From: Rhina ancylostomus
Lineage: Eukaryota
Assembly: GCA_030265395.1 (NCBI GenBank)
Contig: JARFYF010000094.1
Location: 29,138,919-29,202,918 of the forward strand
Direction: 5' to 3'
DNA length: 64,000 bases
In this document: positions 27,610 through 39,557 of the stretch, piece after piece
How the letters are laid out: every line of letters begins with the position of its first letter
Position numbering within the stretch: the first letter of the stretch is position 1
Notes under the pieces: model-generated
What the model saw: the letters and a program-made list of their open reading frames with translations, nothing else
Told to the model about the DNA's origin: nothing
Database searches by the model: none
Translations under genes and position numbers: made by a program

Positions 27610-28050
27610 TTTCTTTCTCTTTCAATCTTTTTATTAAATTTCAAATTAGTACACACAGCAATAGTAATTATACACATGGTGTGAAGAGATTGGGATTACA
27701 ATAGTAGCAGTTGACATGTACAAACACAGTGAGTAAAATATATAATCTGAGCCTCCCAAATGCTTACTAAATGAACATGATACAAAAGAATTTGAAAAGA
27801 AATTTGATTATATGAAAAGAGAACCCCAAAAATAAAACAAATAACATAGTAAAACAACAAAGAAAAAAATAATAAACAAAAGTAAACCAAAAACTTCAAA
27901 AACAATTGCTGGACAGTTATTTCTTCAGTTATGTCATTAGCTCCGCTCCTCTATATTCAAATAAAAGGTTATTGAAAGGGATTCAAAAAAGGTCTGCTTA
28001 CATCATATGGAAATGCTGAATAAATGGGCCCCAAATTTCCTCAAATTTCA
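27610..28050 (-). mobile_element. L1/Tx1-type LINE 3' end
   Basis: ORF2 terminus KFEEIWGPFIQHFHMM* (28048-27998), T-rich 3' UTR, AATAAA and an A-rich tail. Confidence 0.8.
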
Positions 28051-28141
28051 GCATGAAAAACTTATCTTGCATACTGTTCCTACAGATTCATTCATTACAA
28101 CAGTGAATTGAGGTAGTACAAGGTAAAACAATAACAGAATG
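28051..28141 (-). mobile_element. Rex1/Babar 3' UTR fragment abutting the L1 end
   Basis: tgaaaaacttatcttgcatactg...cattcattacaacagtg...gaggtagtacaaggta matches 42532-42627. Confidence 0.7.
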
Positions 28142-29389
28142 ACCTTCAATTACCTTCAGGTAACTGCTCTCAATTGATGACCTCATCTATATTAACCCAG
28201 GACAATATTCAAACATTTCTAGCTGGGCTTATTGAAATGTTTAAAATGGAAACCATAGCCAATTATTCTCTCTTGCATGCTAAAGCCACTTACAGCTTGA
28301 TATTCTCTTTTCGGCTGAGATTATTTATCACAAGACAGAGCAAGAAACAAACCAGGGCCCATTCTGATCAGCATAGCTTAGTATCATACCAGGCAGGGAA
28401 TACTAATAGAACAAACATACTGTTTGTGCTGAGCTCTATTACTGTAATCTTGGCTCTAAATTCAAATGGGATCTCCCACTTAAAGAATCTAACATGGCTC
28501 CTGCTGGTACCACATGCCATTCATCAGTTCATCTTACCTCCTACGACTACTGCCTCATTCATCTCAGCCAAACTGAAAATAGCAGCTTAATTAGAATGTA
28601 TTTTATTGGTGCCTGGGGATATACAAGGTGCAGATGGATAGTTAATGTTTTAAAAATTTGAACATACAGGTACATGACAGCACAAAATGAAACTAATGGA
28701 CAAAAGGAGTTGTTGGCATTAGAAGGGAGTGAAATATTAGAATGTGGGTGATGATTTCAATTGTTCTGAAGAAGTGTTGTTGTCCCACAAGTTACCCTGA
28801 AGTCAGGCCTTGCTGTCAGGTAGGCCTCATGGGACTTCTGCATTGAAGTGTTGATAGCAGAGAATATTCTTTCTTAATGGTAAGGTGAGAGGTTTTAGCT
28901 CTCAGCTAATTACGCTTTGCTAGTCTGCTTAAATTATTAGGTACATATTTATAATTTTTTTTCTGTTTAGTGCAATTGGTTTTATGAATTGCCTGCAAAG
29001 GGCAAAGTAGAACTGGGGGAAGAAGTGGAGAAACATTGACTTCAGTTACTGGAATAACAATAACTCCTCCAGCTCACTTTGGGCTTTTATTTTATCTTAC
29101 TTAAAACAATGGATTCCCTACAGAATCATGTCAGGATTCAATCTCATAAAAGAATTATAAATGAGGGAAGCAATTTGGGCCTAACATGCCCATGGATTAG
29201 TACCTGCAACATCACCCACCAATGCTCCCACCCACTATCCAGAACTTCCTTTAAATGATTCCAAAGGTTTCCCTTTGACTCTTGATTTCTTTGCAATTTT
29301 CTTTCTAGCAAGAGAATCTGGGTTTTGATATCATGAAAAATGATGATATGAAGGACAATGACCATTGACAACAGACTCTTTAATGACTA

Positions 29390-29711
29390 CAGGCCATCCT
29401 CGGGTTAGGGATGTCTGACTTTCTTATGGACACCTCTACATACGACCGAGTTCCCATGATTTTATTAAATTCAGAAGTCCAACTTGCGTACATACGTAGT
29501 TTCCTATGAATGGCAGAACTAGCTTCCTCTCTCTCCACTATTAATAATAGTTCTTTCTTAAGAACAATGTGCTTTTGATGCCATTCATTACAATAATGTA
29601 GAGGTATGGTTACTACATTGAGGTATTTTTGTGTTTTTTCTGACTTATGGACAAAATTGCCTTAAGAACATCTGTAAAAACGGAATCTGTTTGTTACCCG
29701 CGGGTGGTCGG
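29390..29711. mobile_element. Tigger/pogo-like MITE (~320 bp)
   Basis: TA|caggccatcctcgggtta ... ttacccgcgggtggtcgg|TA: imperfect terminal inverted repeats with a TA duplication on both sides. Confidence 0.7.
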
Positions 29712-29944
29712 TAGTGAAGGGACTTGCTCAGTTCAGGAAGTTTTGATGGTCTAAGCAGCAACTGCCAACTAAAATCAATTTTCTTTTATGAGCAATTCAA
29801 AACAAAAAGTCACTGCTGCAGGGCCTGTACAAGAATGGGTGTTCACATATATGGCCCCTTCCTTACCTCCCTCCCCATTCCTCCTGATGCAGTGTTGTGG
29901 TATAAAGGAATCAATGGCTCTAGTGCATGAACACCAAAATTCGA

Positions 29945-30570
29945 CGATCCTGTAGGCTGATGCAATGCTGGGTTTTATTACAAGGCGCGTGGAGTGTAAA
30001 AGAAGCGGAGATTTGTAGCATACAGATGCCAGTGAGACTGTACATGGAGTACTGTGAATTGATTTGGTCTCCATATTTAAGGAAAGATAAACTTGCGTTG
30101 AAGACAGTGCAGAGCAGGCTCAGTAGTTTGATTCCTAGGTTGAAGGCATTGATTTATGAAGAGAGGTTTAGCAGGTTGGGCTTATGTTCATTGGAGAATA
30201 AGAGATAATCTTATTGAAACTTAAAAGATTATAAGAGAGATTGACAGGGTGGATGGCGAGAGGATATTTTGCCTTGTGGGGTCTCCAGAACTAAAGAGGA
30301 TAGTTCCAGAATAAGGGATCAATCATTTAAGACAGAAATCTTTACCCATTGAAATCTCTACCCCAGTGAGCTCTGGAGATGGAATATTAAATATATTTAA
30401 GGCAGAGATTGAGAGACATCTGAACTACAAAGAAGTCATTGGCGGTGAGGAGAGAGTGGGAAAGTGATTTTCAGAACAAGATTAGATCAGACATCATGTT
30501 ATTGAATGGGGAAGAAGGCTTGAAGGTTGGACTAGGCTACTCTTGGTTCTATTTTTTTGTGTTACATGCT
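29945..30570 (+). mobile_element. CR1 LINE 3' end
   Basis: Translates VRLYMEYCELIWSPYLRKDKLALKTVQSRLSSLIPRLKALIYEERFSRLGLCSLE, followed by a CR1 UTR. Confidence 0.88.
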
Positions 30571-31839
30571 TTAAGGCTGATCATTTGTTTGAAAGAGTGA
30601 ACTCCCTGTGGAGGCCCAACAGGCACCAATAGTTCACTGAAAGCAGAGGAGAAATTTCAGCTGGCCTTGAAATACTTGGCTGGTGTCCACACAGAAAGCA
30701 TATGATGGTAATATGTAAATATGTGCCTTACCTACTTTCTTACCTGACTTGGTTTCGAAGGACCAGTTTAGTCTCCCATGAATTGAAATCATTTGCGAAT
30801 CCGAGGCATCCAGGTCAGGCCATTAATACCAAGCTTTCCAATTACTTTGATTTCAGTAAAGCATTCCCTTTGTGGTGTAAATATAGCATTCAGGGAACAG
30901 TGCCTTTGCAACCCAAAGTAACTGTACTGTTAACACCTAGCTGCTGATGCAGAATTTATTTCGGTTCCCATGACAACCAACAAATGTGAACCAAGGTCAT
31001 TCTGTCAATGGCCATAGCCTATAGCTGTGCAATTACGAACCTTATTAAATGAACTCTATGTGAACAAAGAAATTAGCTTTGATATTTTTATTTCAGAGCC
31101 TCATTACTTATATTAGTGAATCTTCACATAGGCTCCACAGCAATGTAATGCTTTCTTCTTCAGAGTTAAAACAGTTGTTATAAATTTATTTTACTGCAAC
31201 AAGCATATAAACAAAGCACATTAATTCAACTGCTGCACTTTCCAGAAGCCCAACTGAATATATTTATAACCAAATGGACAATATCAAGCAGGTGTTAGGT
31301 GTGGCAAGTCATAACATACCAATGCTCTCTGGCTGGTCATTCATTTATTTCATAACTAGGTGTATCATCCCCACTGGAACCCCATCTGTTCAACCCTCCA
31401 TTTCTCAGTCTGGGAGATTTCTGGTGGTGCATCTGAAGGAAAGCATGATGGATCATTGCACCAGACTCCACATTGCAGACCATGTTAAATAATCATAAGG
31501 ATTAAACAAACAGAGATATGATTTAATTTCAGCCTTGGACCTTACATATGTTACCTAAATTGATGATTTCTATCATGCCTTCAATGTGCAGCTCATCCAT
31601 TTTAAGACACTAAATAACTTTCTTTTTTCTGATCAGAACCGTAAATTCCTTTAAAATTCTTACAGCAATCTCTCAACACATTTTGATGCTTCTTTTCTCC
31701 TTCATTGTAAGAAAAAAAAGACATCTAATTCAGTATTGCTTCCAACTTTATAAACCTAAACATTAAATTCCTAACTCTATAGTAATATTATTTCTACAAA
31801 TAAAATAGCTCCACCATTAACTACTTTTATTTAAACAGA

Positions 31840-32700
31840 AGCTTTACTGTAATGTATCATATAGCATTTCACAAGAGCATTTTCAAACATATTTTGACAC
31901 TAATTCCCATGAATTTTTAAGAAATATGACCAATAGTTCAGATGTGAAGGTAGGTTTTGAGATTATCTTAAAGAAGGGTGACAGGTGGAGAGGTTAGGGG
32001 AATGAATTGTAGAGATTGTGAAATTAAAGACACAGCCACCAGTGCTGGAGCAATTACATTCAGAAATGTCCAAGAGGTCAGAAATTGAAGAACATTCTGA
32101 ACTCACAGGATTAGAGGATTGGATTAGATATAGAGCTGAGGATGGATGAAACCAGGCTGTAGATATCAGTAATATATGTGATATACTGTATATGTAGCTG
32201 CTTTCCCAGGTGCCAATGTTAGTCAGTGAGCAAATGGCCAGTGGGTAAGGGAGACTAAATATAATTCAGGATATAGGCAGTGAGCTCAAAGAATTCTTGG
32301 AGGGAAGATTGAGGCTAATCTGGAGCACAATTTCAAGACTTGAGGTTAAAAGAATGCATGGATGATGATTTCAGCACCAGATGAGCTGAAGTGTGGGTGG
32401 AAGGAAGTGGCTGTGATTGTGGTGCTGATACGTAATTAGAGCTCATTCTCAAGTCAAATATGGAACTGCGTGGAATCTGTTTTGACTTCAGATTCTTGCC
32501 AGGAGAGGGATGGAGTTGATAGAAAGGGAATGGTAAGGGTCACAGGACTGATGCATTGGTCTTTCCAGGACTTAGTTGGAGCAAATTTCTATTCATTCAT
32601 TGCTGAATGTCAAACAGTCTGAGAAGTCTGAAACTGAGGATCAGTAGAGAGAGGTGGTGTTGGAGTTGGGAGTCATTTGCGCACATACGATGTTACAGGA
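31840..32700 (-). mobile_element. Decayed L2-like LINE
   Basis: Collinear by eye with 52590-53400 (gagaggttaggggaatgaattg; gcatggatgatgatttcagca). Confidence 0.65.
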
Positions 32701-34869
32701 GGGGTTCAGGAAAAATCTAATGTAACTATTTATGATTCTTCACTAATAATTCAAACTCTACAGTAGTGTTAGAATGGAACAAAGCAACTTGAGGATATCT
32801 ACATGCAGACATACAGAAGTTGCTAGTAATCATATATACTCTTCTACAGGATGCTTTTATTGATGTACTTTGTAACCCCAACAGCAACAAAGAGAATGGA
32901 ACATCGTGACACTAATGATATAAAAAGGGAGGGGGGGTGGCACATTCAAGACTGAGTGAGTTTTTATGGTGTAATAAGTGTTAACTGCTGCTGAAGATCT
33001 CAATAACCCTTGAAAATTAATTCATGGAATCGTGGAGTCTTGTTTTCGCAGAAAAAAACATTGCAATTTTAATGGAGTGATTTTCATTTTGTGTCCTTTA
33101 TGTTACTACCTGATCCCCATTTGGGTTTACAATATTTATTTGGCTTTCTGCACGTCATTTAAACCAATTTTTTGTGTGCTTTTATAATTCCTGGATTGGA
33201 CTCTGCATGGCTTATTGAAAATTCTTCTGATTAGTTTGAGATTTCGATTTATAGATGCCACAGATCTTTGTAAAATGTATTAGCCAAGGTGAATCATTGA
33301 TGGCACAGGAGGTGACTATCAGGCCTTTCATAACTCCATGCCTGCTGAAAGTTTAACCCTGTTTTCCAGCTCTCAGTACACTGCCTTGTTGACTGACTTC
33401 TCAAATTTTCAGCCAGTTTCTGAAATGTTCTGAGCATTCCTGCCTTATCTGTCCTTTCCAGTGCAAGTTGTACACCCTCACCATTCGCAATGTTTCTTCA
33501 ATTCCCCTCCTCTCCTTCCATCAATTACCTCAAATCAATGTGCTTTAATTTTTGTTTAATTGATCAGTAGGAGTAATATCAAAAGGTTTTCATGTATTAT
33601 AGCAATTACAATATGCAGCAAAATATAGAAATAATAAGTGAAATCAAATTCCAATCTCTAACTCCCATCACCTACCTCTAAAACCCAGCTTCATGGAGGT
33701 GAGGGTCAATCTTCAAGGAGGATCAATAAAACTCCCATCCCCAGAACAAAACACCATATAAAACTCCACACATCAGGAAAAAAATCTCCATCCTTCCCGT
33801 TGTGAATTGTTATCTCCTGACCTCTTCTCAGTTCGTGTTCCTCTCTCCTACACACTTTGTTGCTTTCTAATGTTCTCCCTGAGTTAGGATTATGCTCTCT
33901 TTCCCTCATTAGTTTGTGTCTCCCCTGCCCAATCCCCCTGTTTTTTTTAAATCTCTCCCATTCCTAATCTCAGAACCTTTCAAGCCAATTTTTCTTGCCC
34001 AGATACTAACATCTTTGCAACTCACACTGAATTTTTTTCAAATAACTGGGAGGACACGAGAATCCAGAGTACCACACAGAAACCGCACCTCTCAATTTTT
34101 GCTCAGTCAGGTGCAGCAGAATACAGCTGAGCAATTGTCCATAGTCAAGGTGGGTAGGTTGGAGAGGACCTATAATTATCAATAAATACATTTAAGAGGA
34201 AACTAGATGAGTGCAGGAAAGGAATTTGTTGCTATGGTGATAAGAAGGTAGAAGGTTAAGTGAAGCACAAACACCAGTAATGTCCTGCTTTAGTGCTGTA
34301 ACGTCCTATGGATTGATTCTACAACTCTGCAAGCAATTGTCTATGTAATTAGCCTAATTATAAGAAATATAGATACAACAGTTAAATGAACAACTAGTTT
34401 CAGTTAATCACGGAATATGCTGGGTAGCAATACACATTAGAGAATTATAATTGCATTATGAGTAAATTGTTGGTTAATGAAATAATTCCAGCCACATTTG
34501 CTTTTTCATTTGTGGGAATGTAGTTCCGATAGAATCTGAAATTTTATGAATATTAAGCATCATGGACAGATTTCATTCCAATTGTGTAGTTGCTAATTAG
34601 TATAAATATCAATCCTTCTGGTAATACCAGACGTTCAACAGGTTTCAAAATAGATTTTTAAAAATTTCCTTTTCATCTATTGTTATGCACTGGAATTTCC
34701 ACAAGGGAAAAGCAAATCAATGTCATGTATTTAAGTCACTTAGATTGTCTTGTGGTAGTACAAGTTGACCAGTTTGGAAGAGGTAGCTCACTGTCATTGA
34801 ATATCCTCACCAATAGGGATTGTGGTCCATCCATAATATTAAATGTTGACCATTGGTGCATCATTCCTG

Positions 34870-35185
34870 CAACATGCCCCATCTGAAGAGAGCAGGCCCC
34901 AACACACAAAGACTTTGTCAACAGCATTTTCCAATCTAATAATCTCTACCATTATGAGGGATACCACCACCTGCAAGTTCCTCTCCTAGTCCTACACATT
35001 CATGACTTATAAATGTGATCACCATTCTGTTATCATTGTATTACCATCCTACAACTCCTTATTCAACTTCACTATGGGAGAATCTTCATCAGGACTGCAA
35101 TGGTTTAAGGAAGAAACTCCTCTCCACCTTTTTATAGGCAATTAGAGGCGACTATAAACCCTAACCATGTCAGCAATGCTCATTT
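34870..35185 (+). mobile_element. Old CR1-clade LINE 3' end
   Basis: Contains accaccacctgcaagttcctctcc...ggactgcaatggtttaaggaag...ggcaattagagg. Confidence 0.6.
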
Positions 35186-36509
35186 TGAATGAACAAAATA
35201 AAATAAAGGGGGATGAAGCAGAAAAGTGGACTCAAGACGCTAAATGAGAGAGCGTGCTTGAAATGCCTTACAATATATACCTGCTACTATTTCTTATTCT
35301 TTAATGACTACTGCTGCATGTGAATATTCTTCCAAACAATACAGAAATGTAATAATGGAACATGAAATCATGCAATCTATTTAAGTGAATACCTCCGGCA
35401 CATGGAGCATTTCCTCTTGCTGTCAATGTACTGTTAAAAATCAAATCTAGCACTCACAGTTTCAGAATCAGGTTACCGATTGTTATCTTTTTGTTACCAT
35501 ATTATGTTGCTCTGATTTAACATTTCAGAGGTCAACCTCAGAAACTGTGGTTTACATTTGCCATTAAGTTACTGTATATAGAATATAGAATTTCTACAAG
35601 ATTGCATTATAAAAATGCCAGTGGTTATTCTCACATATTGACATCAAATTTGATAGAATGCCATTTAAATTTCAGGTATCTTTCTGCACCTCTGTCTATC
35701 TGATTCATGTATTGCAGTCTTTCAACAAGAGAAAAGCATGGAACAATATTTATATTAATAATTCATCCTCTGCTGGGCATGTACCATTTTGAAACAATTG
35801 GTACATTTATTCACATATCAAGAAAACAATTCAAAACTCCTGAACTAGTTTATTTCTTCTCAATTTTTTTTTATTATACTCCAAGATTGTTGACTTGTGT
35901 TCAATTTGTAATCATTAGTCCCTTGTAAATTTGTTAACAATACTCCCACACTGTCATTGAAAATTACCAACATTGTGAAAGAGAATTCAAACCATGATAA
36001 CAGGACAACAGTAGAATTCTATTCCTTCATGGGAAAAAGATCTGCTTTAGACTAGGAAACCATGCACTGTATACCAACTGAGATCAATAATTACAATACT
36101 GCCACTGTAAGCATTCATATTTATATCAATAGGAGCTGGCATCAAATCTACATCATGCAAGAAATGGTTTACTTCTTCTGTGAAAGCTACTTTAAAAACT
36201 TGCTGATGGAAACCTGCCGCACATTTGCCACTTCCCTCTCGTAAGTTAACAATTATTGAGCCTTTAAATAGGGAAAGACTGTTGTCAGGCCTAATTTTAA
36301 AGATACATTAAATTTTAATTTTCTTTTATGACTATAACCCTTCAACCAAATAATCAGATGTACATACTCAAACAATATAGACTGAGGTAACAGAGAAAGG
36401 CAAAGCATCAATAAGTCTGTTTTTCAGCACCTTACAAAAATATAGCTTGGAAGACAGTCAAACAGTAGAAAACAGGACAGACCCATTATTACACTCACTA
36501 ACACTAAAC

Positions 36510-38150
36510 TGTTGAATTTGCATGGAAAATTTTATTTGATAATAAAAATAGCATTCACAGACTTTTTTTGTAGCTACATATACATTGTGATCTTTCTTGG
36601 GCGTGGGGTTATGAGGGTGGAAGCTATACGGGTATATTAACATCTACTGCTACACCTTACTACACTTATGCTATGTATATAGCCACATGGGTCAAGCTAT
36701 GAACAATGTAATATTTATATATGCATAGTAGTTTATAAAAAGAGTTGCCCATATATTGCTTTCAATCTACACAGCAGANNNNNNNNNNNNNNNNNNNNNN
36801 NNNNNNNNNNNNNNNNNNNNNNNNNNNNNNNNNNNNNNNNNNNNNNNNNNNNNNNNNNNNNNNNNNNNNNNNNNNNNNGCAGAACATTAGGTCTAAAGCA
36901 CATTGCAAGAATTAATGCTTAAAGAACACAGACTGCATACAAGTGTTTTATAATACACAGGCAAGGTCACCATCAAGAAATAGAATTTAAAAACAAACAA
37001 AACTTAATAATTACTGATATAGTATTCCTTTTGAAAAGAGTTTTATATACCTGAATCATTTTACTTTAAAATATGTCCCATAAATCAGTTTGTTCCATTT
37101 CTGAAATATAAACACTATCACATTCCTCACGATTAGTTTTGCCATTGTTTTACTCTTTTTACAGGAAAGGCATCATTTTGCAACAGGCTCTATTAATTAC
37201 AATTTAAACTTTGTACACAAGATGGTCAGTCATACATTTGTACAGTATCATGGCAACATCAGTGATAAAACTTGCAATGCTTACTTTGTGTCGTAATGGA
37301 AATGTGAACAGTATACATGTACACACTGAAGCACTGAAAGCAGTTCACTTAGTGGTTCAACAATAATGAAGAGCATCTTCATGGCTCAGCTAGGCAGTTT
37401 CTTTCATTTTTCATTCAGTGCCACAGCAGACCTTCACCACACAGTCTCCTTTTGCAATGGGCATAGAAATTATCAAATGAACCTACATTACAATTCTATG
37501 TCTAAATTTTGATACACCACCTGTTTATAATTAATGCTGAAGTCTGCACAATCTTTTTAGTCACTTTTTTGAATGATCTAAACATACTCTTTCCTTGATA
37601 TCAGCATTGTGAGTCATATTACTCCAGTTTAGAAGCTTGCTCTTCTGATGTGTTATCTGCTCAGTTACTCACCAGTTTAAACAATGCCATACCCACCAAT
37701 TGTTAGATGTTTTGGAAAGCTTCCAAACTCTTTGAATGATATAGAAAAATATTCAGTATTAAAACAGCATAGTGTTTCAACAAAGTGCAATAATTTTGTG
37801 CTAATGTTGTCTTATTTCATTACAATGTTGGAGACACCCCAAGAACTAACAAAATATCTGGCAAGTTATCTAAAATCAATAATACAATTAAGGCTTACAT
37901 TTGACATGTAATTTCAATACTATTTTCCTTTGAGCAATCCCTAGCTTGTGTTGGGTCAGGCACATTTCACTGTTAACATTTTCCTGACATATGTACAGTT
38001 ACGTCTGTCTGTGTTCAACTTTTTTTTATACATCAGTAGGCCTCAAGTTTTTTTCAAGCTGATGATCTCTGATCACCTTTGGGATCGTTTCAGAGAACCT
38101 ATGTTGTCCTTTTAGGTGGGATTTGATTTATCCAGTGCATAATCCTTTAT
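36510..38150 (-). other. MAGI1: Probable MAGI1 3' UTR (b/c isoforms)
   Basis: AU-rich sequence after the stop, with no recognisable interspersed repeats and one N gap. Contains a Pumilio-type TGTACATA (37997-37990) and ends at an AATAAA followed by a GT-rich tract. Confidence 0.6.
36531..36536 (-). terminator. Candidate distal polyadenylation signal
   Basis: Plus-strand tttatt reads AATAAA on the minus strand, followed about 20 nt later by GT-rich gtttagtgttagtgagtgt. Confidence 0.55.
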
Positions 38151-38917
38151 TCAGATGCTAAGATCAGTGCTGCATTCTCTAAATGCCTTTCTTCTTGGCT
38201 GTGGGGACTGTCTGGAACTTCGGGAAGAGTCATTTTTCTCCATGTTGTGTTCATCTGTGCGCCTGGATCTTTCTTCAGCTTTACTTCTCTTTTCAGGTGA
38301 TCTGTCTCTTTTTGGGTCAAGAGACTTGTGTCTCCTTCTCTCAGGTGACCGCTCCCTCCTTCTCTCAGCTGCATTTTCTTTCTTCCTGTGTGGTGATCTT
38401 TCCCTTGTTCTATCGGATGATTTCTCATTTCTCTTGCTAGGTGACTTTTCTCTTCTCCTATCAGGTAAATCTTCCCATCTCCTTTCTGGTGACCTTTTTC
38501 TCCTGTCAAGTGGTGTTTCCTTATGTCTGCCAAGTGATCTTCCATTCTGTTCCATATTTTGATCTGTCATCTTCGATACATCCCTACCTCTATCAGGAGA
38601 TCTTTGGTGGTATCCATTCTCTGCCTTTCTTTCTTTCCTCTCAAGTGATCTATCCTTCCTCCTTCCAGGTACATTTTCTTTTTTTTTGTAAGTATCATTC
38701 CAGGTCTTATTGTAGTGTTCATTGGTTGGTCTGCTGTGTTCCTTTCTTCCTATTGGCTGTTGTTCATTAACCCTCCTTTCTCTGTGCTGTGATGATTTGT
38801 GAATTTCTGGTGGATAACTGGATTCCAGTAATGGATGAGGTCGTCTTTCTGATAAGTGTTTCACTTCCGGTACATTTTGTGAGCCTGTTGTGGAACTGCC
38901 CCTGTCATTGTTTGGGT
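38151..38917 (-). CDS. MAGI1: MAGI1 terminal coding exon (MAGI1c Arg/Ser/Glu-rich tail; b-isoform frame stops at 38861)
   Basis: Acceptor tttattttattttcAG (38919-38918). The phase-1 join gives VPEY-DPNNDRG...HPLLESSYPPEIHKSS...RSPERRRERSPERRR...ECSTDLSI-TGA (255 aa), matching recalled human MAGI-1c (DPSSDRH...HPSLESSYPPDLHKSS...ECSTDLSI). Confidence 0.95.
38265..38530 (-). repeat. Degenerate 24-nt (8-aa) coding tandem repeat in the MAGI1c tail
   Basis: About 10 units: RRKRSPER / RWEDLPDR / RREKSPSK / RNEKSSDR / TRERSPHR / KKENAAER / RRERSPER / RRHKSLDP / KRDRSPEK. Confidence 0.75.
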
Positions 38918-39485
38918 CTGAAAATAAAATAAAGATAATTCGATTCAATTATTGGTCCCTCACTGGTTTTTGTACCACTAACACCAATTCACCTTTGAGG
39001 CCGTTCTCCCAGGAGACCTCGCATTGCAAATTATCATTTGTGATTTGTTATTAAATAGCCTTAAAATATACTTCAATTTAATATTTACTAGAACAAATGT
39101 AATATAATTAGCATTTCAGTGCATTATGTTCTCATTGTGAAGAATATGGCTTGTAAAAGAACATTTTATAAAGAACTTTTCTTTTTCACTCAGACTAGGT
39201 CCACATTAACAATGTGGATCATAGATTAAACTCGCCCCATTTCAACCAGAAATTACATGCTACTAATCCGTTGATGTTGTATATTCAACTTAAGTTCCAA
39301 TTTTTCATTATTCCTGTAATGGTGTCACACTACTTATTTAAGTTGTAAAGAGGGAACTGTAAGGCAAAGGTATATCCCAAAATGTCTTAATGATTACCCT
39401 GAGAGACGATAATATATCACTTAACCATGATATTTCAAGCATATGATAATCTAGGCTTTACATAATCTAGGCTTTTCATTCCTCA

Positions 39486-39557
39486 TATTTTGAGGCAGCC
39501 AATAAACCATGTACAAAACCCTGATTTTGTATAGGGTTTATTGGCTGCTTCAAAATA
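39486..39557. repeat. 33-bp near-perfect inverted repeat with a 6-nt loop
   Basis: TATTTTGAGGCAGCCAATAAACCATGTACAAAA-ccctga-TTTTGTATAGGGTTTATTGGCTGCTTCAAAATA; 30 of 33 pairs are Watson-Crick. Confidence 0.92.

Noticed and set aside
28174-28590. 138-aa plus-strand ORF
   Set aside because: Non-ATG start, no recognisable motif and no convincing exon structure.
38147-38545. 132-aa minus-strand ORF in an alternative frame of the last exon
   Set aside because: It lies after the b-frame stop at 38861, and its openness is explained by low-complexity purine-rich sequence.
38155-38770. Plus-strand ORFs (135, 85 and 109 aa) rich in Leu/Ser/Phe
   Set aside because: They are antisense shadows of the purine-rich MAGI1 last exon.
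38918-38948. ORF-track N-terminus MNRIIFILFS
   Set aside because: This is the intronic polypyrimidine tract and acceptor. The same applies to the extensions at 62190-62348 and 57478-57568.
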